A DNA stretch of 33,660 bases, from NCBI GenBank assembly GCA_016200765.1, contig JACQEC010000030.1, positions 1 to 33,660 of the forward strand, written 5' to 3'. This stretch comes from Chloroflexota bacterium (GTDB lineage: Bacteria > Chloroflexota > Anaerolineae > JACRMK01). Under the pieces are notes generated by a model. The model was not told the DNA's origin. It was given only the letters and a program-made list of their open reading frames with translations, and made no database searches. Positions within the stretch are counted from its first letter, which is position 1; each line of letters starts with the position of its first letter. Positions 17,511 through 27,397 of this stretch are shown here, in pieces. The translations under genes were made by a program, and so were the position numbers.

Positions 17511-18580
17511 ATGAGCAACAACAAACGCGATTATTACGACGTGCTGGGGGTGCCGCGCGGCGCCAGCGCCGATGACCTCAAGCGCGCCTACCGCAAGCTG
17601 GCGATGCAGTATCACCCCGACCGCAACAAGAACGCCGACGCCAGCGCCAAGTTCAAGGAAGTGAACGAGGCGTACGAAATCTTGAGCGACGACCAGAAAC
17701 GCTCGCTCTACGACCGCTTCGGCCACGCCGGCCCGCGCGGCGGCGGCTTCTCCGCCACCGACTTTGAAGGCTTTACCGGCTTCAGCGACATCTTTGAAGA
17801 CCTGTTCGGCGGCTTCACGCGCAATACGGCCTCTCAACGACGCGCGCCCCGCCGCGGCGCCGACCTGCGCCACGTCCTCAACATCACCTTTGAAGAGGCG
17901 GTCTTCGGCGCGGACAAAGAGATTGAGGTCCTGTCTTACGACAGTGCAACGGCAGCGGCGAGATGCGGCGCGTTCAGCAGACGATCCTCGGCTCGATGGT
18001 CAACGTCAGCACCTGTGACCGCTGTGGCGGCGAGGGCGAGATCGTCACCACGCCCTGTCACGAGTGTCGCGGCCACAAGCGTGTCCAGCGCGCGCACACC
18101 CTCACCGTGCAGGTTCCGGCCGGCGTGGACGACGGCACGCAGATTCGGTTGGCCGGTCAGGGCGAACTCGGCGTGAACAACGGCCCGGCGGGCAACCTGT
18201 ACGTGCAGTTGAAGGTCAAGCCGCACCCATACTTCCAGCGGCAGGAGAACGACATCCTGCTCGACGTCTCGATCAACTTCGCGCAGGCCGCGCTCGGCGA
18301 CGAGATTATCGTGCCAACACTGGACGGCGACACGCCGTTCAAAATCCCCGCCGGCACGCAGACCGGCAAGGTGTTCCGCCTGACAGGCAGAGGCGTGCCG
18401 TTCCTGCGCCGCAACGGGCGCGGCGACCAGCGGGTGACGGTGCACGTGGCGACGCCCACCGACTTGAGCGACGAACAGCGCAAGTTGCTCAAGCAGTTGG
18501 CGAAGACGCTGGGCAAAGAGGTGATCGAACAGCCGGGCAAGGGGATCTTCGATAAGATGAAGGATGCCCTTGGAGTTTAA
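17511..18580 (+). pseudogene. dnaJ: Co-chaperone DnaJ, disrupted: internal deletion removing about 1.5 zinc-finger CxxCxGxG motifs plus a frameshift
   Basis: The J domain (YYDVLGV...HPDRN) and G/F region are intact up to ...[10 protein letters not shown] second frame then continues [47 protein letters not shown]... Only 2.5 of the 4 expected CxxCxGxG motifs are present. The frames differ (17963-17511 = 452, which is 2 mod 3). Confidence 0.75.
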
Positions 18581-18606
18581 GCGCCCTTAAAAGGTCAACA
18601 CAACAG

Positions 18607-18678
18607 AATCCCAAATCCCAAACCCCAATCCCCAAACGGATGACCTGTTTAGGATTGGGGATTTGGGATTTTTTCTTT
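18607..18678 (+). terminator. Rho-independent terminator of the heat-shock operon (low-complexity hairpin + T-tract)
   Basis: aatcccaaat...ccccaatcc pairs with ggattgggg-atttgggatt (18652-18670), followed by TTTTTCTTT. Confidence 0.75.
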
Positions 18679-18691
18679 GTACACCGAACTC

Positions 18692-19533
18692 ATGAACTTG
18701 TTGGAAGTTTCAGTCAACGCCGACGGCGAGGCCGCCGAAGCGATCAGCGAACTGTTTAACCGGCTGGGCCGGGGCGGAGCGATCCTTGAGGAAAGACCCG
18801 CCGCCGACAGCGCCCCGGAATCTTCGTGGGCGGACGACCCGCCGGAGCCGCGCGCGATTGTCGTCAAGACCTATCTGCTGGCCGACGAGCATATTGACGC
18901 CAACCGCCGCGCGATTGAGGAGGGTCTCTGGCATCTGCGTCGTTTCATCCGGTGCAGCACGTCGGCGCGCGCGTGGTGCTGAAGCCGACTTGGCGCGAGT
19001 ACGATCCACAGCCCGGCGAGTTGGTGGTTGAGCTTGACCCCGGCATGGCCTTCGGCACCGGCCAGCACCCCTCGACGCGCTTCTGCTTGCTCGCGCTGGA
19101 GCGCCATATACGCCCCGGCATGAGCGTGCTGGATGTCGGCACCGGCTCCGGCATTCTCGCCATCGCCGCCGCGAAGTTGGGCGCAGGCGCGGTCTTCGCC
19201 TTCGACGACGACCCGCTGGCGGCGCAGATTGCGCGCGAGAACGTGGCGCTCAACCGGCTGGGCGAGCGTGTGCGGCTGGCGGCAGGCACGCTCGACGCGC
19301 TCAACCTTGAACCGGAGGCGTGGGATTTGATCCTCATCAATATCCTCGCGCCGGTGATCGTCGCGCTGTTGCCGCGCGCGCGCCTCTTACTGCGCCCCGG
19401 CGGTCAGGTGATTCTGTCGGGCATCATTGCCACGCAAGAGAGCGATGTGCTGGATGCCCTGCGCGCCGTCGGCCTGACGCTGGTCGAGCGCCAGCAGGAA
19501 GGCGACTGGGTACTGCTGGTTGGTGGAAGATGA
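18692..19533 (+). pseudogene. prmA: Ribosomal protein L11 methyltransferase PrmA, disrupted by an internal deletion plus frameshift
   Basis: N-terminal MNLLEVSV..DGEAAEAISELF...GLWHLRR, then a second frame continues FHPVQHVGARVVLKPTWREY...LDPGMAFGTGQHPST...VLDVGTGSGILAIAA. The usual (E/D)DW..AWK block before F/YHP is missing. The frames differ (18952-18677 = 275). Confidence 0.7.
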
Positions 19534-19571
19534 GGCGCGCCCCGCGCATCGTGTATCTTGCATCCTGACCC

Positions 19572-20306
19572 GTGACGCCCCGCTTCTTTATCTCCCCCGA
19601 TTCACTGCGTCATGAGCGCGTCACGCTCGACGCGGTGGTCGCCCATCAGGTGCGGCACGTCCTGCGCCTGCAGGCGGGCGACACCATCCTCTTGTTAGAC
19701 AATTCCGGCTGGGAGTTTGAGGTGGAGTTGGAGGCGGTCGGGCACGACGCGGTCAGCGGGCGTGTGGTTGACAGGCGGCTGGCAGGCGGCGAGCCGCGCC
19801 TGCGGCTAACCCTCTATCAAGCCCTGCTGAAGGCCGACAAGTTTGAGTGGGTCTTGCAGAAGGGCACCGAACTGGGCATCGCTGTTTTCCGGCCGGTGCT
19901 GGCCGAGCACTGCGTGCGCGGTGACGTGAGCGAGGGGAGGATGGAACGCTGGCGGCGCATCGTGCAGGAGGCCGCCGAGCAGAGCCGGCGCGGGCGGGTG
20001 CCGTCGCTCCATGAACCCGTGTCGTTCGCGCAGGCCGCGCAGGAGGCCGGGCAGTCCGGGCTTTCGCTTATCGCTCACGAGCAGGAGCGGGGCCAGTCCT
20101 TGCGCGCATGGTTGAGCGCGCACAAGGCCGCGCCGAGCCTCGCGCTGTTCGTTGGGCCGGAGGGCGGCTTCAGCGCGGGCGAGATGGCGCTGGCCGCACA
20201 GCACGGCCTCGCCGCCGTGTCGCTGGGGCCGCGCATCCTGCGCGCGGAGACGGCGGGGCTGGTCGCGGCCAGCGCGATTTTCTATGAGACGGGCGAGATG
20301 GGGTAG
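19572..20306 (+). CDS. rsmE: 16S rRNA (uracil1498-N3)-methyltransferase RsmE
   Basis: GTG start. N-terminal MTPRFFI, and the C-terminal SPOUT motif FVGPEGGFS..E...A......SLGPRILR.ETA. Confidence 0.85.
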   Translation: MTPRFFISPDSLRHERVTLDAVVAHQVRHVLRLQAGDTILLLDNSGWEFEVELEAVGHDAVSGRVVDRRLAGGEPRLRLTLYQALLKADKFEWVLQKGTELGIAVFRPVLAEHCVRGDVSEGRMERWRRIVQEAAEQSRRGRVPSLHEPVSFAQAAQEAGQSGLSLIAHEQERGQSLRAWLSAHKAAPSLALFVGPEGGFSAGEMALAAQHGLAAVSLGPRILRAETAGLVAASAIFYETGEMG

Positions 20307-20326
20307 GCGGGCTTCGGCGGGCGGCG

Positions 20327-20677
20327 CTAGCGCTGGGATGATATCTCTGCGATAGGCAATATCACCCGCTCACCTTCACGCCGCGCAATTTCGATGATGG
20401 CACTGGTATCGTCTTCTAGCCATTGCCGTTCGCCACAGGGTATCGGTTCAATACGGCTGTCGCTGCTCGCCGCCAGCCGCCACAGCAAATCAATATCGCT
20501 TCGCCGGCATCCACCGTCAAAGGCGGGCGAAACGACCACCAGATCAATATCGCTCCATTGATGGTCTTTGCCCGTTGCCCAGGAACCAAAGATCACACCG
20601 AAGCGCACAGCCAAGCCGCTAGTGTGCACACGCCGCAAATAATCTTGGACGATCCTTACAATTGATGCATCAACCAC
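20327..20677 (-). CDS. Minimal nucleotidyltransferase (MNT/NTP_transf_2 family, antitoxin-like)
   Basis: GS.ATG.....SDIDLVVV motif in a 116-aa protein. Lies in a lower-G+C region. Confidence 0.75.
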   Translation of the reverse strand: MVDASIVRIVQDYLRRVHTSGLAVRFGVIFGSWATGKDHQWSDIDLVVVSPAFDGGCRRSDIDLLWRLAASSDSRIEPIPCGERQWLEDDTSAIIEIARREGERVILPIAEISSQR

Positions 20678-20775
20678 TGAAAGACCTCTGTAGCCCGGTT
20701 CAGGTAGGCACGCGCCTCTACTTCCACTGGCCGGCCGGAGCGTTCGCTCTCATGGCCATATTCGTTCTCTTCCAT
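20656..20775 (-). pseudogene. 39-codon ORF resembling the C-terminal helix of a HEPN-domain partner (possible remnant)
   Basis: MEENEYGHESERSGRPVEVEARAYLNRATEVFQWLMHQL. Overlaps the MNT start by 22 nt and abuts the stop of the GT-C gene. The resemblance is judged by eye only. Confidence 0.25.
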
Positions 20776-20780
20776 CGCGT

Positions 20781-22712
20781 TTATCGCCACGTTATATGGG
20801 CAAAGCGTACCGCCGCATCAACGTAGGTTGTTCCATTGCTGTCTACCACGCTAATTCGCTGGCCCGTCTTTCGGTCATATAACCCAACAGCGAGCGTATA
20901 TGAGCCTGATGGCAAGTCTGGTGACACATCCAGGCGACGGACATCGTGCACGATATCGCCAGGCTGCCAGAACTGCAAGGCGGATAGGTTCCCCAGTGGA
21001 TAGCCATCGGCCTGGGCGACCAGCTTGCCCGCGCCGTCATAGAGGTGGAGGAATACGGTCCGGTCATCAGTATTGGCCTGCTGGCAAGCCCAATCCAATT
21101 CAGCGACGATCACACCCGATTCGATTCGCGCTGTGGCGTTCTGTAGGATGATCGCTTGATCCCAGGTAGCGATGCCAGCCCCGCGTGGCAAGCCCTCCGA
21201 GTGCAGGCTGCCTACGCGATGTATGACGAGTTGGTCGGGTAATATATCGGTTATATAGGCCGTATCCGTCTGCCTCAGCGCAGCATCGAAAGCGCGCAGG
21301 TCCGCGCTCTCACTGTACGGCCCTAGGTAATACTGCCAGGGTTTCAGAATATCGGCATACGTCAGTGCTTTGATCTTCGGGCGTATACCCGTGTGCACAT
21401 AGACAACCTGATCGAGGCCGACATACGAGGGAATCATGGTGACACCGGAGTGGCCCATCGGGTACTCGGCCTCACGTAGGGCCAGCCAGGAAGGCAGATT
21501 GACCGCCAGAAGCCGGGCTGTATTCCCCTCGGCGCTGGCCGTTGCCACAAAGTCCCGTACAATCCGACTGCCCTGTCCATATAATTGATCGCGCCTAGAG
21601 AGGAAAGCCAAGCTACTAAACGTGATCGCCAACGCTAGCAACAGGCACAGGCTGCGCCACCACCGGCCGAAGCCAGCGCTCTGAAAGCGTAGGGAGAAAA
21701 GGCCACCCCAGGCGATGGCGATGCCAACCGATGGTAAATAAAGCAGTCGCGGGCCATCTACAACATACGCGAAGTTGAGCGCCAACCACACGGGTAGTCC
21801 GCTGATTGCGAACCAGGCGGAGGCTAGCATCAGTGTAGGAAGCATCCGGCCACGCCCATAGGCGGCCAGCAAAAAGAAAAGTGCCGCTGCAACAGCGAAG
21901 GGCAACAGTGTTTGCTGATCTGTGTGGGTGGCTGCCCCTAGCCAGGTCAGCGTACCGGTCAGGGGATAAGCAAAACCCTGCAGGAAATAGAGCGCGCTCT
22001 GGGCGATGGAGTCCAGTCCCACAAGAGCATTCACTGTCTTCTTGGGCACGGCTAGCCACAATACAACATAGGCCAGACTCAATCCCCAGTAGGCCAGCGG
22101 CCAGAGCGCCGGTCGGACGCCCGGTCGCTCCGGTCGCTGTCGCCACCATTCCTGAACTTCCCATAAGGTGATCAAAGGGCCGAGGATCACGGCTTCTTCA
22201 TGGCTCAGTAGCGCCAGTACGGCGCAGGCTAGCGATAAGCCCAACCAGGGCCAGCGTTGGCCTGCGCGGGCGCGAGCGTAGCCAAGCACCGCGCCCAAGA
22301 TAAACAGGGTGACCAGCGGATGAAAGAGCGCCGATGACCCAAGAACCGCTTGATAACTGAATGGATAGACAGCAAACAGTATCGCCGCACAGAAAGCAGA
22401 GCGTGAGCCAGCCAACCGCTTGCATAGAAAATAGATGAGGCTACTGTTCACAGCATGGATCAACACGGGCACGAGATGATACCAGAACGGGTCATAACGC
22501 CCCAACATCTCGTGCATCGCCTGCCAAATAATAAATGGTAGCGGTCGAAAGTAGGCGTAACCTTGTGCGGAAGTGAGAAGACTCCAGAGGGTGCGTCCCT
22601 CAGCCCGTGTCAAGTCCAGCGGGTCGTCGTACATGAATGAGTACGAGGTCGCCGGAGCATAGACCAGGGCGGCGAAGAGGAACAGGCTGAGGGGGATCAG
22701 TGCCCTTTTCAA
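20781..22712 (-). CDS. GT-C-fold membrane glycosyltransferase (PMT/ArnT/TMTC-like) with C-terminal extracytoplasmic domain
   Basis: N-terminal FMYDDPLDL (acidic DD motif after the first TM) and YFRPLP, with about 11-13 hydrophobic helices. The soluble C-terminal domain (VFLHLYDGAGKLVAQADGYPLGN...GSYTLAVGLYD..TGQR) is as seen in ArnT-like proteins. TTG start overlaps an upstream small-ORF stop. Confidence 0.7.
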   Translation of the reverse strand: MKRALIPLSLFLFAALVYAPATSYSFMYDDPLDLTRAEGRTLWSLLTSAQGYAYFRPLPFIIWQAMHEMLGRYDPFWYHLVPVLIHAVNSSLIYFLCKRLAGSRSAFCAAILFAVYPFSYQAVLGSSALFHPLVTLFILGAVLGYARARAGQRWPWLGLSLACAVLALLSHEEAVILGPLITLWEVQEWWRQRPERPGVRPALWPLAYWGLSLAYVVLWLAVPKKTVNALVGLDSIAQSALYFLQGFAYPLTGTLTWLGAATHTDQQTLLPFAVAAALFFLLAAYGRGRMLPTLMLASAWFAISGLPVWLALNFAYVVDGPRLLYLPSVGIAIAWGGLFSLRFQSAGFGRWWRSLCLLLALAITFSSLAFLSRRDQLYGQGSRIVRDFVATASAEGNTARLLAVNLPSWLALREAEYPMGHSGVTMIPSYVGLDQVVYVHTGIRPKIKALTYADILKPWQYYLGPYSESADLRAFDAALRQTDTAYITDILPDQLVIHRVGSLHSEGLPRGAGIATWDQAIILQNATARIESGVIVAELDWACQQANTDDRTVFLHLYDGAGKLVAQADGYPLGNLSALQFWQPGDIVHDVRRLDVSPDLPSGSYTLAVGLYDRKTGQRISVVDSNGTTYVDAAVRFAHITWR

Positions 22713-22816
22713 TTGCGGTTCTCCCCGTCACACCGCATCCACAGACCTTCTTTCTGCTCGTAGGCATCAATGATCGTACTGGTGTTCGTGCCGGTAGTCA
22801 TGGTGGTTCCTCGGTT

Positions 22817-22869
22817 CAAAAAAGAAGGGGAATAGAACAGGCGATGGACAACATGTCCATCGCCTGTTC
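22817..22869 (-). terminator. Terminator of the acyl-CoA synthetase gene
   Basis: The minus strand reads gaacaggcgatggaca-tgt-tgtccatcgcctgttc (16-bp perfect stem), then tattccccttcTTTTTT. Confidence 0.55.
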
Positions 22870-22889
22870 TGTCGTCCACGAAACCGCGC

Positions 22890-24518
<1,629 letters not shown>

Positions 24519-24565
24519 CGCTGCCTCCGGGAAGTTAGGATTCTAGACTGCCGACGGTTGGGGCT

Positions 24566-24594
24566 ATTATAGGACGATGTGAATAGGAGTTCAA
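24566..24594 (-). promoter_or_regulatory. Probable promoter of the acyl-CoA synthetase gene
   Basis: The minus strand reads TTGAAC-17 nt-TATAAT. The -35 overlaps the stop of the upstream SDR gene. Confidence 0.5.
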
Positions 24595-25592
24595 ATGCGC
24601 TCGCGCCACAAGCGCAAAAGTTCGGCCTCTCGTTCCGGCTTCATGCCGGCGCGCTTCTCGATGGTGGGCGGGCGAGTAGTGGCCCAGGCCAGCGTGTCGC
24701 GCACCGTCTCGGCCAGCGGGCGGCAGGTCAGTCCGGCGGCCATTGCCTTGTCGCAGTTCACGTCGGAAAAGCCGGCGTATTGCGGGCTGTTCTCGCCGCC
24801 AATCCACAGCGGCAATTCGATCCACGGCTTGACGCCGGAGTCGAGCAGGAACTGCCCATCCACCCAGACGAAGCGCGCGTCACTGCCGCTGGCGGTCCGG
24901 CACTCGGCGAGCACCTGCCCCATCGTCAACGGAGTGTCCGGGCCGGTGGCGTTGAACACGCCCGTGCGCCCGGCCTCGACCAGGCGGATGTTCCACTCGG
25001 CCAGGTCGCGCACGTCTATGAGCTGCACGCGCGTCTGCGGGAGACCCGGCGCGAGCACCTCGCCGCCTTGCGCGACGCGCACCGGCCAGTAGGTGAAGCG
25101 GTCGGACGGGTCATGCGGGCCGACAATCAGGCCGGGTCGGATGACAAGCGCGCGGCCCGGCATCGCCTGCTCGGCGGCCTGCTCGCATAGCGCCTTGAGC
25201 GGGCCGTACGTCTCGCCCGTGATGGCCTCCACGCTCTGATCGGCCAGCGTGCCCACCGGCGCGCTTTCGTCCATGCGCGGCTGGCTGAAGTCGGCAAAAA
25301 CGGAGATGCTGGAGATAAACGTGTAGTGCCCGACCGCGCCGGACAGCATCTCGGCGGAAGCGCGCACGATGCGCGGCACGTAACCGCTGGTGTCAATCAC
25401 CGCGTCCCACGCGCGCCCGCGCAGAGCGTCCAGTCCGTTGGCGCGGTCGCCGCGCAGTTTCTCCACCTGCGGGAATAGCTCCGGGTTATGCTGTCCGCGG
25501 TTAAACAGCGTCACGCGGTGGCCGCGCGCCAGCGCCGCCTCGACCAGCGCGCGACCCAGAAAAACCGTGCCGCCCAGAATCAGAAGGTCCAA
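24591..25592 (-). CDS. NAD(P)-dependent epimerase/dehydratase-family (extended SDR) protein
   Basis: Rossmann motif ILGGTVFLGRALV. Start placed at TTG 25592 (MDLLILGG), 7 nt after AAGGA. The ORF track extends to ATG 25685, giving an atypical 31-aa leader. Confidence 0.75.
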   Translation of the reverse strand: MDLLILGGTVFLGRALVEAALARGHRVTLFNRGQHNPELFPQVEKLRGDRANGLDALRGRAWDAVIDTSGYVPRIVRASAEMLSGAVGHYTFISSISVFADFSQPRMDESAPVGTLADQSVEAITGETYGPLKALCEQAAEQAMPGRALVIRPGLIVGPHDPSDRFTYWPVRVAQGGEVLAPGLPQTRVQLIDVRDLAEWNIRLVEAGRTGVFNATGPDTPLTMGQVLAECRTASGSDARFVWVDGQFLLDSGVKPWIELPLWIGGENSPQYAGFSDVNCDKAMAAGLTCRPLAETVRDTLAWATTRPPTIEKRAGMKPEREAELLRLWRERI

Positions 25593-25825
25593 TGGGTAAT
25601 CCTTTCGATGCCAGAGTGAATTGGGTGAAAAGGGGCTGACCGGCGGCGCGAACGACGAGCCTGTCATGACGCATAGACGGCTCAATTATACGGGATATGC
25701 GCGCGAGGGGGGAAATCGCGCGCCACACGCTGGCGCGCGTTTGTCTTCCTTGACAGGATGTATTATCATCTCTGAAACATCGCGTTATCCGGTTTCCAGT
25801 TTATGCTGTCAAGAAGGAGATCACC

Positions 25826-27364
25826 ATGAGCGCACACCAGCGGCTCCGCTCGCTAACCCTGATGGCGGTTGTTCTTATCGCTTTGCTGGCCGGTTGCGGG
25901 GCTCCGGCGGCCAGTCCCACGACCGCGCCCGCCGCCCAGCGGCAGGGCGCCCTGCGCATCGCGTTTGAGATTCCGGCCAAGCTCGACCCGGCGTTCGCGT
26001 CCGCCGACAGCGAAATCGCTATCCTCAACGCCATCTACGACTACCTGATTGACGTCAACACCGAGTCGAAAATTGTGCCGCGGCTGGCGGCGCAGTGGAC
26101 GACCAGCGCCGATGGCCTGACCTACACCTTTACCCTCGCGTCCGGCGCGGCGTTTCACGACGGCAGTCCGGTCACGGCGCAGGACGTGGTGTGGACGTTC
26201 GACCGCCTGCGCGACCCGCAGCTCAAACTGCCCACCAGCAGCCTGTACGAGAACATCGCCGGCATTACCGCCACCGGCGATAAAGTCGTCACCTTCAAGC
26301 TCAAACAGACCAACCCGTTCTTCCTGTACGACTTGAGCGACAACCATGCGCTGGTGCTGAAGGCGGGCACGACCGACGCGGCCACGAAGTTCAACGGCAG
26401 TGGCCCCTTCCGCGTGGTCAGCTACAGCCCGGAGAACCGCATGGAGCTGGCGGCGAACGACAAATACTTCATTGCCGGCAAACCGGGCCTGGCCAGCCTG
26501 ACCTTCATCTTCTTCAAGGATCAGACCGCCAGCGTGAACGCCCTGCGCGGCGGTCAGGTTGATCTGGTGATGCGGATGCCGAGCGCGCTGTTCAAGACAC
26601 TGCAAAGCGAGCAGGGGTTGACTACCGTGTCCATCCCGACCAATGGCTTTGACGAGGTGCGCCTGCGCGCCGACCGCAAGCCCGGCAACGACCCGCGCGT
26701 GGTCAAGGCGTTCAAGCTGGCGACCGACCGCAAGGCGATCTTCCAGACCGTCTCGCTGGGACTAGGCGCGGCCGGACGCGACAGCCCCATCGGGCCGCTG
26801 TTCAAAGCCTTCTACAGCGAGGAGACGCCGCTTCCCGCGCGCGACCCCAAAGCCGCTAAAGACTTGCTGGCGCAAGCCGGCTACCCGAACGGCTTGAAAC
26901 TGGACCTGCACGTGCCCGACTCCGGCGACCGTCCCGATCTGGCGGTCGTCCTCAAAGAACAATGGAAAGACGCCGGCATTGATGCCAACGTCGTGGTAGA
27001 GCCGGAGAGCGTCTACTACGGCAATAACGGCTGGCTGGAGGTTGATCTGGGCATCACCGGCTGGGGTTCGCGCCCCATCCCGCAGTTCTATCTGGATGTG
27101 ATGCTGGTGACCGGCGCGAAGTGGAACGAGGCGCACTGGAGTGACGCCGAACTGGATAAACTGGCGAAGACCGCCGGCACGACGCTCGACGAGGCGGAGC
27201 GCGCCAAAGCCTACAAGGACATCCAGCGCATCCTGATCGAGCGCGGGCCGATCATCATCCCCTACTTCTTTGCGCAGTTCGGCGCGGTGAAGAACACCTT
27301 CACCGGCTTTAACCTGAACGCATTCGCCGGCCGCACCGACCTGGCGGCGATCCGTGTGAAGTAG
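25826..27364 (+). CDS. ABC transporter substrate-binding lipoprotein, peptide/nickel family (SBP family 5)
   Basis: Lipobox LLAGC after a signal peptide and AAGGAGA 6 nt upstream of the ATG. Family-5 SBP-like sequence (LRIAF..P..LDPA, WTF.LR.G..FHDG.P.TA.DV). Confidence 0.9.
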   Translation: MSAHQRLRSLTLMAVVLIALLAGCGAPAASPTTAPAAQRQGALRIAFEIPAKLDPAFASADSEIAILNAIYDYLIDVNTESKIVPRLAAQWTTSADGLTYTFTLASGAAFHDGSPVTAQDVVWTFDRLRDPQLKLPTSSLYENIAGITATGDKVVTFKLKQTNPFFLYDLSDNHALVLKAGTTDAATKFNGSGPFRVVSYSPENRMELAANDKYFIAGKPGLASLTFIFFKDQTASVNALRGGQVDLVMRMPSALFKTLQSEQGLTTVSIPTNGFDEVRLRADRKPGNDPRVVKAFKLATDRKAIFQTVSLGLGAAGRDSPIGPLFKAFYSEETPLPARDPKAAKDLLAQAGYPNGLKLDLHVPDSGDRPDLAVVLKEQWKDAGIDANVVVEPESVYYGNNGWLEVDLGITGWGSRPIPQFYLDVMLVTGAKWNEAHWSDAELDKLAKTAGTTLDEAERAKAYKDIQRILIERGPIIIPYFFAQFGAVKNTFTGFNLNAFAGRTDLAAIRVK

Positions 27365-27387
27365 GGGCGAACGGCCGTTCGCCCCTA
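27362..27387. repeat. 26-nt perfect palindrome TAGGGGCGAACGG/CCGTTCGCCCCTA (REP-like hairpin)
   Basis: Includes the SBP stop codon TAG. It fills most of the 33-nt SBP-permease spacer. Confidence 0.8.
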
Positions 27388-27397
27388 CCGCCCATGG

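Noticed and set aside
17927-17965. Programmed ribosomal frameshift as an explanation for split dnaJ (and likewise prmA, korA)
   Set aside because: There is no slippery heptamer or stimulatory structure at the junctions. Conserved residues are physically missing, so a frameshift could not restore a normal protein.
25741-25770. TTGACA hexamer upstream of the SBP gene as a promoter
   Set aside because: No acceptable -10 hexamer lies 16-18 nt downstream of TTGACA. An alternative TTGTCT-17-TATCAT reading is weak. The promoter position is left unresolved.
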